Of a stretch of DNA of 64,000 bases, positions 12,446 through 23,781 are shown piece by piece. A model generated the notes under the pieces. The model was given only the letters and a program-made list of their open reading frames with translations, was not told the origin of the DNA and did not search any database. The stretch comes from Mustelus asterias. Taxonomy: Eukaryota. Position numbers and translations under genes: made by a program. The first letter of the stretch is position 1, and each line of letters opens with the position of its first letter. Location: NCBI RefSeq assembly GCF_964213995.1, contig NC_135804.1:26102001-26166000 (forward strand), written 5' to 3'.

Positions 12446-13276
12446 GCCCAGATGGATGTGCGACTGTTTGCCTTTTCAGAAGCAATGGTAAGGCTCAATG
12501 TTTGAGAATTTGAGAACTGAAAAAAGACCGATCCTGGTATGGGAATGGCCTTTGGGGGCGCTGTGGAGCTGGCTGCACGTCAAGCTTTTACATTAAACTT
12601 ACCCATATGTAGCTGCAATGTGCCCCCACTGAGAAAAGCTGAGTACAACACACCCAATGCCTACTCGAAGATGGGGTAGTCACCCGTGGAGGTTCTAAAA
12701 CAGGTGTCAGTCCACTCATTTACTCATGAAGGGAGCCTGAAAACTGCTTCCTTGTGTGGGTTATTGGTCCTTGGAATTAGTCCTTAATGAGCCAGTTTTA
12801 TGTCTATGGAACGCATCCAAACAGGTCCAACTTTAGTCTCGGTATCAACCATTCTTTCCAATGCAATCAATATGCGGTGACCCAAGATTGAACTTTGGGG
12901 TAATTGGGTAAGATCCAAAGGGCTTCAGAATCTTTTCCACCGTATCCAGGAAGCGTCACCACTTTCAGGAGAGGAGAACAAAGAATCGGAAAATATCACC
13001 AAATTGGAAGCGGAAGTGAAGGTGATTGAGTTAAAAGTAATGTTTTGAAATTTGCTGATTTTCTATCATACTCCCAAGTAAATAAAGACTAAAATAAGTC
13101 ACGTGCACAAATATAAGATTTGCTAAAATTAGATTTTGACTTTAAGATAAATTTTCAATAATGTATATTCTCATGCAATCTTTTTCTTCACAGAATCCAT
13201 GTTACACAAGTTTCCTTTATCATATAAATTGGGTGAAGAAATAACAGTATTAATTTAGGCCCATGTCTTACTCAGA

Positions 13277-13871
13277 AATAGTGAAGATGGGAATGTACTT
13301 CTGAGGCTGTATAAGACCACATTTGGAGTATTGTGAGCAGTTTTGGGCCCCATATCTAAGGAAGGATGTGCTGGCCTTGGAAAGGGTCCAGAGGAGGTTC
13401 ACAAGAATGATCCCTGGAATGTAGAGCTTGTCGTATGAGGAACGGTTGAGGATTCTGGGTCTGTACTCATTGGAGTTTAGAAAGATGAGGGGGGATCTTA
13501 TTGAAACTTACAGGATATTGCGAGGCCTGGATAGAGTGGACATGGAGAGGATGTTTCCACTAGTAGAAAAAACTCAAACCAGAGGGCACAACCTCAGGCT
13601 AAAGGGATGATCCTTTAAAACAGAGATGAGGAAGAATTTCTATAGCCAGAGAGTGGTGAATCTGTGGAACTTTTTCCCACAGAAGGCTGTGGAGGCCAGG
13701 TCATTGAGTGTCTTGAAGACAGAGATAGGTTCTTGGTTAATAAGGGGTTCAGGGGTTATGGGGAGACGGCAGGAGAATGGGAATGAGAAAAATATCAGCC
13801 ATGATTGAATGGCGGAGCAGACTCGATGTGCTGAATGGCTTAATTCTACTCCTATGTCTTATAGTCTTATG
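13277..13871 (+). mobile_element. CR1 LINE 3' fragment
   Basis: YEERLRILGLYSLEFRKMRGDLIE; 3' tail. Confidence 0.88.
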
Positions 13872-13899
13872 GAGACACAGATATTGCATGGCACTAATG

Positions 13900-14198
13900 G
13901 GGAGGCGATGGCCTAGTGGTGTTATCCATGGACTATTAATCCAAAAGCTCAGCTAATGTTCTGGGGACCCAGGTTCGAATCCTGCCTTGGCAGATGGTGG
14001 AATTTAAATGCAATTAAAAAAGATATCTGGAATTGGAAATCTACTGATGACCATGAAACCACTGTCAGATAAACCCACCTGGTTCACTAATGTCCTTTAG
14101 GAAAGGAAATCTGCTGTCCTTGCCTGGTCTGGGCAACTAGGGATGACCAATAAATGCTGGCCAGCCAGCAACCCCCATGTCCCATGAATGAATAAAAA
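13900..14198 (+). mobile_element. Second tRNA-derived SINE family (L2-like tail); other copies at 21718-22030 (+), 26140-26240 (+), 27700-28040 (-)
   Basis: ggcgatggcctagtgg...ggttcgaatcc...ctggttcactaatgtcctttagg...caataaatgctggcc recurs in the window. Confidence 0.8.
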
Positions 14199-15218
14199 AT
14201 CTAATTTCAGAAGTAATCAGTCTTGTTTTCTTACTCATGTCATCTTCATTTCAGGATGTTTCCATTCTTGTCTCTAAGCACACAGTTTGATAGTGACAGC
14301 ATATTCCTAGGTGTGTACTTCACTTGATCTAAAGCCAATTCAATATTTTTCTTGGTCCAGAAATTAGACTGTTGGTTTAGAGAAGGAAAATGTCTTGTTT
14401 GTTGCAAATGTTGGAAAAAGTGATCGGACTCTGAGTCAGATGTGGAAGAAAATGTTAAGCCTGAGGTGGTGAGCTCTAGTGTGGGATAACAGCAGTGACC
14501 AATTCCCCTGAATATACTCTTGCAATGTTTTCTCATGAATAAAACACGTTTTGGTGCACCAGATGACAGTTCAGTTCTCAGCACATTTGGTCGAATGTCA
14601 TTGAGACTGCTGAACGATAAGTTATTTTGTGCTGTAGTTTCCATTTCGCTGAATAGAAATGATATTCATGAAATCAGGATAGTCATTGAGTGATCACAAG
14701 GGATTTGATTCTACAAAGTCAGCGTCAGGACTTAATCCACCTGCAATACATCACCGTCAACAGACAATACCTGCCAGTAACTTGCGATGGTTAGGATGTC
14801 CTTCTTTGTCTTTAATATTGAGCCATTTTGTATAGCTTCCTCATTAAGTTGCTCATTTGAGCAGGGCACCAACAGGAAGGAAGCTGGATCCCAATTTTAA
14901 AAATGCTGATTGGCCCTGATGGTGTCAGGATCTGCAATATCAGCCAGAAGGGTCATGTGGGTGAGGGCCTAGATGTGGGTGAGAGTGAGGATGGGATGTG
15001 GGTGAGGGTGGGGGACTGGTTGGGCATTGGGCTGGGGGGGGTCATATTTGGCTTCCCAGGAGCTGGATCCTGGACCAGAAAGAGGCCCAGCAGATAAACT
15101 CCAAACAATATTTCTCAGGTTTTCTTGTGGGGCAGGAATAGCCTCCAGGACTCCAAAGGAAGCTTTAGGCCTCCCACGGATCTGACTAACCCCTTCCTGC
15201 AATTGTGAAAATATCCCT

Positions 15219-15660
15219 CCCCAGCTCCAATCGCCCCTGCATCTCCTCTTCTTCTCCCCCACACACAATTCACCTCCCCCCCTTCCCCTAAACCCACCAC
15301 CCTCCAATCACTCATCTATCCCCAGCTCTGTCCTCCAATCGCCCCTGCCTCTTCCCCCCCCCCTTCTCCACACCCAATTCACCTCCACCCCTTCCCCCAA
15401 ACCCACCACCCTCCAATCACTCATCTATCCCCAGCTCTGTCCTCCAATCGCCCCTGCCTCTCCCCCGCTCCCCCTCCACACCCAATTCAACTCTCCCCCC
15501 CCCTCCCCTAAACCCACCACTCTCCAATCACTCATCAACCCCCAGCTCTGTCCTCCAATCGCCCCTGCCTCTTCCCTCCCCCCTTCTCCACACCCAATTC
15601 ACCTCCCCCCCCCCCCTTCCCCTAAACCCACCACCCTCCAATCACTCATCTACCTCCAGC
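15219..15660. repeat. C-rich minisatellite, ~110-bp unit, ~4 copies
   Basis: Repeated ctccaatcgcccctgc...aaacccaccaccctccaatcactcatc. Confidence 0.88.
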
Positions 15661-15947
15661 ATTGACCTCCAGCCCTCCCTTCCTGGTTGTAAGGCTGGAG
15701 CTGATGCTCCCTTTCTAAAGCTGGGGACAATCCACTTGAGTTCCTCGATGCAGTTTCTGCCACCGGTAGTTTATCTTTTCCTCCCCCCCGCTGCTGTCTA
15801 TTTGCCACCCATTTGACAGGCTGCCCGTTTGACAGGCCACCAGACAGGAGCGATCCCACCATCATTGTAACGAGGTTTTATCATTAACATTGTAGGGGGT
15901 TTATGTACACAGCACTGCAGCTGCTTTTGAAAATTATGCAGTTTTAC

Positions 15948-16082
15948 CACCTCCACCCCCCGCCCCCCCCCCACCGCCTCCCCTGCCACCCTCCCCCGCC
16001 TCCCCCACCACCCTCCCCCGCCTCCCCCACCGCCTCCCCCACCGCCTCCCCCACCACCCTCCCCCGCCTCCCCCACCGCCCC
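15948..16082. repeat. C-rich low-complexity repeat
   Basis: (cctccccca/gcc)n. Confidence 0.85.
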
Positions 16083-16532
16083 AGCTCCCTGTTTATGAAT
16101 TCTAACACCAAGATGGATGAAAAGGAAATCAAGTTTAACATGTGGCAAGAAACAAAATGTGTTGGGATCAGAATAATACTAAATCTTCATTGCAAGTCGC
16201 AGCTTAAAGTCAGCAAGTTTCCATGGCTTTGCATTGCCCTGTAGCTCACCTCAGTTACCTCATCTCTAACCTATTTCTTTTTGGGAATCTCTCTGCGGAT
16301 CAGTGGTGTTTTGCACGTGTCTTTTTATTTTGAGCCGGTCCACATCTTTCCAGCCTGATTTTTAAGCAGCTATTTAGAACTGCCACAAAAGTGATTTCTC
16401 ACTTTTGAATGTTTTTTTCGGCGCTGTTCTTCAAGTTGTGTCACCACCTGTATTCGTCATCTTGGTGTGTGTGCTGAGTTAGTCAAACTGAGCGGGGGGG
16501 GAGGGCAATCACGTTACTACAACTGAACCTGA

Positions 16533-16777
16533 TGATGCGCTATCAATAAGGCGAAAGACTACCGATATGCCAATATAAGTGTAGGCTTTTATTCACAACA
16601 GAATCAGGAGCAGATCCCAACAAATAACCGACCTAGACTGAACAAGGGGGAGGAGACAGCCACCTTTATACTAGGTGCTGAGGGGAGGAACCAAACTGGA
16701 AGAGGATGTGTCCAGGTATGACAAACACACACAACGGTGGTCCATATAGGACAAAGGCACAACTAAGGTCCACCACA
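16533..16777 (-). repeat. 3' LTR of the Gypsy element
   Basis: Direct repeat of 20824-21068, preceded on the - strand by the PPT AAAAGGAAGGGGTGAA (16778-16793). Confidence 0.95.
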
Positions 16778-16828
16778 TTCACCCCTTCCTTTTAAAAAAA
16801 ACAACACGGGGGTGAAGCGGAAACAATA

Positions 16829-19391
16829 TCACAAGTCCAGACGAACCGGTGGCTTGATCCGTCGTCGCGATCGTCGTAGTGCAGGTCGCAGAGTCGTCCG
16901 AGCAGGGAGCGATGTCGGCCCAGGCTCCGTACAGTGAGCGTCGAGAGAAGGCGCTCGGTGGTGTGAAGTGGACCGATCCGTCGTCCCGTCCAGTCGTCGG
17001 GTACTGCGTGGCGACGGCTCCGGCGACTCAAGCGAGCTGTACATAGGGGCGAGAGGAATGAGCTGTGGCCCTGGTGGCGTATGGGGAACAGTGGGAACCG
17101 GAGCTGGGGGGTGGGGGGCTGCAACAGGCTCTGGGCACACTACATTGGGGACAGGGACTGAGGGAGGAAGAGGCGTAGCAGTCTCCGAATGGACGACACC
17201 AGGGAACGTGGGGCGGAAGGACGTGGTGACCTCCGGGGCACCCGCGGGTGCCAAGTCACGGACAGAAACCGTGTCCTCCCGCCCATCAGGGTACGCTACA
17301 TAAGCATATTGGGGATTAGCATGGAGCAGTTGGACCTCCTCGACCAAGGGATCTGCCTTATGGGTCCGGACATGCTTCCGAAGCAGGACGGGTCCCGGGG
17401 ACATCAGCCAATCCGGGAGCGAAGTACCCGAGGAGGACTTCCTGGGAAATGAAAACATCCGCTCGTGAGGGGTCGTATTGGTCGCTGTGCACAAGAGTGA
17501 CCTAATGGAATGTAATGCGTCCGGAAGGACGTCTTGCCAACGGCTGACTGGAAGGCCCCTAGACCGTAACGCTAATAGAACGGCCTTCCAGACGGTTGCG
17601 TTCTCCCGCTCTACTTGACCATTGCCCCTGGGGTTATAGCTAGTGGTGCGGCTGGAGGCAACGCCTTTGGCGAGCAGGTACTGCCTCAGCTCGTCACTCA
17701 TGAAAGAGGACCCACGGTCGCTATGAATATAGGCTGGGAAGCCAAACAGGGTGAAGAGCTTGTTCAGGGTCCGAATCACTGTAGCCGTGGTCATGTCCGA
17801 GCAGGGGAAGGCAAAAGGGAAACGTGAGTATTCGTCAATGATATTCAGGAAATAAACATTGCGGTTAGAGGAGGGGAGGGGGCCTTTAAAATCAACGCTA
17901 AGGCGCTCGAATGCGCGAGTGGTCTTTACAAGGTGCGCCCTACCTGGCCGGTAGAACTGCGGTTTGCACTCAGCGCAGACCCTGCATTGCCTGGTAATCG
18001 TCCGGACTTCCTCAAGGGAGAAGGGCAGGTTACGGGACTTGACAAAATGGAAAAATCTGGTGACACCCGGGTGACAGAGGTCGTTATGGAGGGACTGTAG
18101 CTGGTCTAGTTGGGCACTGGCACATGATCCACGGGACAGGGCGTCTGGAGGCTCATTGAGCTTCCCAGGCCGGTACATGATGTCATATCTGTAGGTGGAG
18201 AGCTCAATCCTCCACCGCAAGATCTTGTCATTCTTAATCTTGCCCTTTTGCCTGGTGTTAAACAGGAAGGCAACTGACCGCTGGTCCGTAATTAAGGTGA
18301 ATCGTTGGCCCGCGAGATAATGGCGCCAGTGCCGGACGGCTTCCACGATGGCCTGGGCCTCCTTCTCAACCGAGGAGTGTCGAATCTCAGGGCCTTGTAA
18401 GGTCCGGGAAAAGAAGGCCACCGGACGGCCCCTCTGGTTAAGGGTGGCAGCTAGGGCAAAGTCAGACGCATCACTTTCCACTTGGAATGGGATGGATTCG
18501 TCCACAGCGTGCATCGCGGCCTTCGCGATGTCCGCTTTGATGTCATCGAAGGCCCGACAGGCCTCCTCCGCCAGGGGAAAAGAGGTCGATTTTAGGAGCG
18601 GACGGGCTTTATCTGCGTAACGGGGAACCCACTGGGCATAATAGGAGAAGAAGCCCAGGCATCTCCTCAGTGCTTTGAGGGTAGTAGGGAGGGGAAGCTG
18701 CATAAGGGGACGCATACGGGCTGGGTCGGGGCCAAGGACACCATTTTCTATCACGTACCCAAGGATGGCGAGGCGGCGTGTCCGGAAAACACACTTCGCC
18801 TCATTGTATGTGAGGTTCAGGAGAGTGGCCGTACGAAGGAATTTTTGTAGGTTGGCATCATGGTCCTGCAGGTCATGGCCGCAGATGGTGACGTTATCCA
18901 GATACGGGAAAGTGGCCCGTAGTCCATGCTGGTCCACCATTTGATCCATGGCCCGTTGGAAGACTGAGACCCCATTGGTGACACCAAAGGGGACTCGGAG
19001 GAACTGGTAGAGGCGGCCATCCGCCTCAAAGGCAGTGTATGGGCGATCCTCCGAGCGGATAGGGAGCTGGTGGTAAGCCGATTTCAAATCGATCGTTGAA
19101 AAAACCCTATAGTGCGCGATGCGGTTGACTATGTCCGCGATACGGGGAAGAGGATATGCATCTAGTTGGGTATACCTGTTTATGGTCTGGCTGTAGTCAA
19201 TCACCATGCGGTGTTTCTCCCCCGATTTAACTACGACCACTTGCGCCCTCCAGGGGCTGGTGCTGGCCTGGATAATCCCTTCCTGGAGCAAACGTTGTAC
19301 CTCGGACCGAATGAAGGCCCGGTCATCCGCACTATAGCGCCTACTCTTGGTGGCTATAGGCCTACAATCCGGGGTGAGGTTATCAAATAAC
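16829..19391 (-). CDS. Gypsy Pol (RT-RNase H-integrase) reading frame
   Basis: RT IDLKSAYHQ, PFG, YLDN; RNase H SDASD/EKEA/TDQ/DALSR; integrase HHCC and D-D-E (VDFKGP, SDRG, ERE); frame stays open upstream of the called start (LFDNLTPDCRPIATKSRRYS). Confidence 0.93.
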
Positions 19392-20799
19392 GGGGGGGGG
19401 GGGGGGTGATCTTGAGGGTCAAGAGACTGCAGGTGGTGTGCGAGGGGCGCTGCCGTGACAGCGCCTTGCAGACGGAGAGTGGGGGATAAGGGCCATCATA
19501 CTGCAGGATGACGCTTCTATGATGGGTGAGGAAATCTAACCCCAGCAGTACAGCTGCGCAGAGTCGCGGCAGCACGAGGAGCCGAAAACGCTCGTAGACT
19601 GTGCCCTGTACCGTCAGCGTCACCAAGCAGCACCCGAGGACCTCCACTGAGTGAGAATTCGAGGCCATGGAGATGGTCTGGCTCCAGGGTCGCATGGGAA
19701 GGGCATATTGACGCACTGTGCGAGGGTGTATAAAACTTTCCGTGCTCCCACAGTCAAACAGGCAGTTTTCTGCATAACCATTTACCTTGATCTCCATTAT
19801 GGACTTGGAGAGTTGATGTGGCTGCGACTGGTCCAGGCAAATCGATGCCACTGTTGAATTAAAGGAGAATCCATCTTCGTCGCCGTCTGATGACGTCACG
19901 GATGAAGCTTCCTGCTCAGCTTGCCTTGATGCCAGTCTCAAAGATGGCGACTCCCGCACTTCCGGTGACCGCATCAAAGATGGCGACTCCTGCACTTCCG
20001 GTGACCGCATCAAAGATGGCGATTCGCGCGCAGCCGCCGCCTGCATCAAAGATGGCCGTGCCCTCGGAGCACACATGGCTCCACGAGTCTTCAGAAGCGG
20101 CTTTGCTCGGCAGACTTTAACAAAGTGGCCTAGCTTACCGCATCCGGAGCAAATCGCGTCCTTTGCCGGGCAGTGACGCCGAGGGTGCTTAGGGAGGCCA
20201 CAAAAGTAACATTTGGGCCCTGCTGGAGCAGCCGTCGCAGTGGAGCCGTCGGTGGAACGGGATCCAAGGTAAGACCCGAGATTATGGGAGGCTGCTTCTA
20301 ACGTTTCAGCCATCGTGGCCGTTTTCCGGAGGTCTAGGTCATCTTGTTCCAGCAGACGCTGCTGGATGTATGTAGACTCAATGCCCGCAACGTAGGCGTC
20401 GCGGATCAGATCCTCCGTGTTCTGAGCTGCTGAAACAGCCTTACAGTCGCATGCTCGGGCGAGGACTCGCAGGGCGCGCAGAAATTGGGCGCACGATTCT
20501 CCTGGCTGCTGTTTGCGGGTAGTTAGGAGGTGTCTGGCGTAAACCACGTTAGGGCTCTTTCGGAACTGCCCTTTTAGGAGTTCGATAGCGTCCGCGTAAG
20601 TAGCAGCGTCCCGGAAGATTCCATAGACAGTTTCGCTTACCCGGGCGCGGAGCACGTGGAGTTTAGCAGCGTCGGTGTCGATGGCCGTAGCGGTGTCGAC
20701 GAATGCTTCGAAGCAGTCCAACCAATGATCAAATTTATCAGAGGCTCCAACCTCTTGAGGGTCTAATGCTAACTTGTCGGGTTTTAGAAACTGCTCCAT
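19354..20799 (-). CDS. Gypsy Gag-protease ORF
   Basis: Two CCHC knuckles (CYFCGLPKHPRRHC, CSGCGKLGHFVKVC) and aspartic protease motif LFDCGS; goes out of frame with pol at the C15 tract (19392-19406). Confidence 0.92.
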   Translation of the reverse strand: MEQFLKPDKLALDPQEVGASDKFDHWLDCFEAFVDTATAIDTDAAKLHVLRARVSETVYGIFRDAATYADAIELLKGQFRKSPNVVYARHLLTTRKQQPGESCAQFLRALRVLARACDCKAVSAAQNTEDLIRDAYVAGIESTYIQQRLLEQDDLDLRKTATMAETLEAASHNLGSYLGSRSTDGSTATAAPAGPKCYFCGLPKHPRRHCPAKDAICSGCGKLGHFVKVCRAKPLLKTRGAMCAPRARPSLMQAAAARESPSLMRSPEVQESPSLMRSPEVRESPSLRLASRQAEQEASSVTSSDGDEDGFSFNSTVASICLDQSQPHQLSKSIMEIKVNGYAENCLFDCGSTESFIHPRTVRQYALPMRPWSQTISMASNSHSVEVLGCCLVTLTVQGTVYERFRLLVLPRLCAAVLLGLDFLTHHRSVILQYDGPYPPLSVCKALSRQRPSHTTCSLLTLKITPPPPRYLITSPRIVGL

Positions 20800-20823
20800 A
20801 CTAGTAACTGTTGTGAATAAAAT

Positions 20824-21068
20824 TGATGCGCTATCAATAAGGCGAAAGACTACCGATATGCCAATATAAGTGTAGGCTTTTATTCACAACAGAATCAGGA
20901 GCAGATCCCAACAATTAACCGACCTGGACTGAACAAGGGGGAGGAGACAGCCACCTTTATACTAGGTGCTGAGGGGAGGAACCAAACTGGAAGGGGATGT
21001 GTCCAGGTATGACAAACACACACAACGGTGGTCCATATAGGACAAAGGCACAACTAAGGTCCACCACA
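20824..21068 (-). repeat. 5' LTR of the Gypsy element
   Basis: On the - strand TGTGG...GCATCA; TATAAA (20956-20961), Inr-like TCAGT ~31 nt downstream, AATAAA. Confidence 0.95.
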
Positions 21069-21563
21069 CCTGACAACTCTGAATTTGAAATAGGGTTAAA
21101 TGTTCATGGTTCCTGCACTTAATTACTATTCGATGACTTGCATTGCACATATGGGTATCCGATGAACACGTTGTGAAATCGTTCAGTTCATATATAAATA
21201 GGGGCCACCAGGGCACATATAGCTGTCAATGAGCAAAATATTGATGCCTTCAAGAGAAAGAGAGCAGAATTTATCTTGGGAGAAGCAGTACCAGGTAAAT
21301 GAAGCAGCTTTGAGTAATGTTGCCTCATTTGTACACGGTGTGTGTACACATTTGTGCACCAAACTTCCAAAATATGAAGTGTAATTTTGTGTAAACACGA
21401 GTTCCCAAGATGCACTGCTGTAATTACATTGTAGAATTTATCTGGAATTGAGACATTCAATCTGTGCTCGCTTTATCCAACTGACTCCCATCTCATTATT
21501 GCAGTAATCCTGTTTGCTCCTTTACCTTATTTTCTCTCTTCTCCTTTTCTTCTATCCTTAAGT

Positions 21564-21716
21564 TCCTGTGGTAACTTTTCTGATGCCTGTTTAAAGGTCA
21601 GAAGGATGGTGGTGTTCCGCTTTCACACACTATCATTTGCTGAAAATCAGGACCAAGCGAGCTTTTGCCCTTCGGCTCCACGGGAGGTTTCTGTCCTCCC
21701 TGAGCTCATCTTCGGA
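21564..21716 (-). pseudogene. Degraded 28S rRNA fragment
   Basis: cctgtggtaacttttctga...caagcgagcttttgcccttc.gctccacgggaggtttctgtcctccctgagctc matches the recalled reverse complement of the vertebrate 28S 3' region. Confidence 0.85.
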
Positions 21717-23738
21717 TGAAGCGGTGGTGTAGTGGTGTTGTCACAGGACTGGTAATCCAGAGACCCAGGGTGATCCGCTGGGGATCCAGGTTCAAATCCC
21801 ACCACGGCAGATGGTGAAATATGAATTCAATAAGAATAAAATCTGGAATTAACGGTTAGTTGTTGTAAAAACCAACCTGGTTCACTAATGTCCTGCTGTC
21901 CTCACCTGGCTCCAGGCCCACAGCAACGACTCTCAAATGCTCTTTGAAACGGCCTTGCAAGGCTTTCAGTTCAAGGCCAGTTAGAGATGGACAATAAATG
22001 TGGCCCAGCCTGTGACTTCCCTGAAAGAATGAAAGTTCCTAGACATGGCTGGGATGAGACAAGATGGACAATGTCACCAATCTGACACTTGGTCCAAGTG
22101 ACTGTTCTTCACGAATAAGGCTAGACAGTGAGAGGGAAATGGCCAGCATTTTGTCACGGGGCTATAGAAAATCGAATTAACTTCCTAAACACTGGCTTCT
22201 GGAATCTAAATCTAAAGTACGATATAACAGCAGCTAAAAATGAGTCAAGCCTGAAAGCATCATTTGACTTAGTGAAGAATGGAATAGAAACTGTACATCT
22301 GTTTCTGAGTTCAAATGAGTGAGGGATGAATTGCTTTGTTCGGATATTCGAATCTTTGGTTATCTGAAAAGAGCTGATATTCTTCTGTGAATTGTTAATT
22401 AGATTATTAGAGCAATTATTCAAAAATATTTAGGTAGGCAGAGGAAATGTAAAATGTGCATTGCCATTTATGCTCTCAATTTATATAATGACAATGTTTA
22501 GAAGACTCTCACTAACTTGGAAGATGTTTACCAGGATTTCACAGTCCACTCTTGGCTGTGTTTAATAAATAGTGCGAGTATCTGTAACAGCTTCCCAGAC
22601 ATGTATTTATAAATTAACAGAAAGCTGAACTAATTTATAGATAACTTAGTGCTGGAGTTTTCTACCTAATGCCCGAAAGCATCAAGTACAGAGAGTAAAA
22701 TGCAGCCTATTAAATAACCAGAGCTCCTGTCCTTACTGAACATTGAAAGTGAGCTAATGCCAACAAGAATGCAAATTTAATGAAGAAACTAGGGCGGGAT
22801 TTCCCAGCACTTCCCACCACTGGGATTTACCGGTCCCATTGAAGGCGACCCCCTCATGGTGGGTTCCCCAGCGGCAGGACAGGCAAGCCATGCAAAATGC
22901 TGTAGATATCGGGGGGTCAGGAAGATCCCACTGGCGGCCATTGGTGGGTCACTTCCACTGTCAGAGATCCTAGGTACCAGCAACCTGAGGCACTCTTAGT
23001 CCTCGTGAGTACATGCATGGCACCATGCATAATCCAATGTGAGGCCCTTAATGACTTGCGCACAAGGAGAACCACCTTGCAGCTGTCCTGCAAGGGTCTC
23101 TGAAGTTATAGAAAAAACAACTTAGCAATTATAGTCAATTACAGCAAATCAGAAACAAGCAATTTTTCTAATCCTTTATTTGCATACATATTCACCAATT
23201 AAATCCTGGCTTTTCGTCCTTTTCTTATTTTAAGAAAAACTGACTTCTGCTAATCTTTCGTTTGCATAGCATATCCCCATATCTTGCCTTTGGTATTTAT
23301 TATGGAAAAATCTGACCTTGCTCACCCTCTGGTGAAGGCCGAAAAACAGAATGTTATGGGGCCTACACAGATGAAGATTTGCCTGTTCATGCTGAATAGC
23401 AGACACTGACTCTTTTGAATGTCTGCAAGCTGGTAAGCATTTTAAAAACTGCACAGAGAAGGCATAAAATTTTAATTTGAACACTTTAGCTTCCAAACTA
23501 TGAAACTTCAATCTGAGCATTTTAACTTCCACACCACCACCAGAAAACACATCACGGGGGGGTTCGAAATCTTGCCCTATATTTGTCATTGAACAAATGA
23601 CCATCTGTCTCTGAGAAGTCTCCAAAAGTGGCACAGAGGTCAATGATGATATCATTGTGAATGCATCCTGTAGGTATTGTCTAAAATTATGGATGTGCTG
23701 GGCTACTGATTGTAACAACCTTACCTTTTCTGTTGCAG

Positions 23739-23781
23739 GCAGCACATGGGAAACCCTATCCAGGCACATTGGAGTTACCAG
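23739..23781 (+). CDS. PIEZO1: PIEZO1 43-bp coding exon (equivalent to exon 4)
   Basis: ttttctgttgcag|...|gtacaa; encodes (C)STWETLSRHIGVT(R), vs recalled human CSRWETLSRHIGVTR; phases fit both neighbours. Confidence 0.93.

Larger units (their letters stand above)
16533..21068 (-). mobile_element. Full-length Ty3/Gypsy LTR retrotransposon (4536 bp), antisense in a PIEZO1 intron
   Basis: Two 245-bp TG...CA LTRs (3 mismatches by eye); 5-bp TSD CCTGA at 16528-16532 and 21069-21073; domain order Gag-PR-RT-RH-IN. Confidence 0.97.

Noticed and set aside
13900-13995. tRNA gene
   Set aside because: The A/B boxes belong to a repeated SINE head, with no complete cloverleaf.
14246-14644. 132-aa ATG-started - strand ORF
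   Set aside because: No recognisable homology or splice context; cannot be supported without a search.
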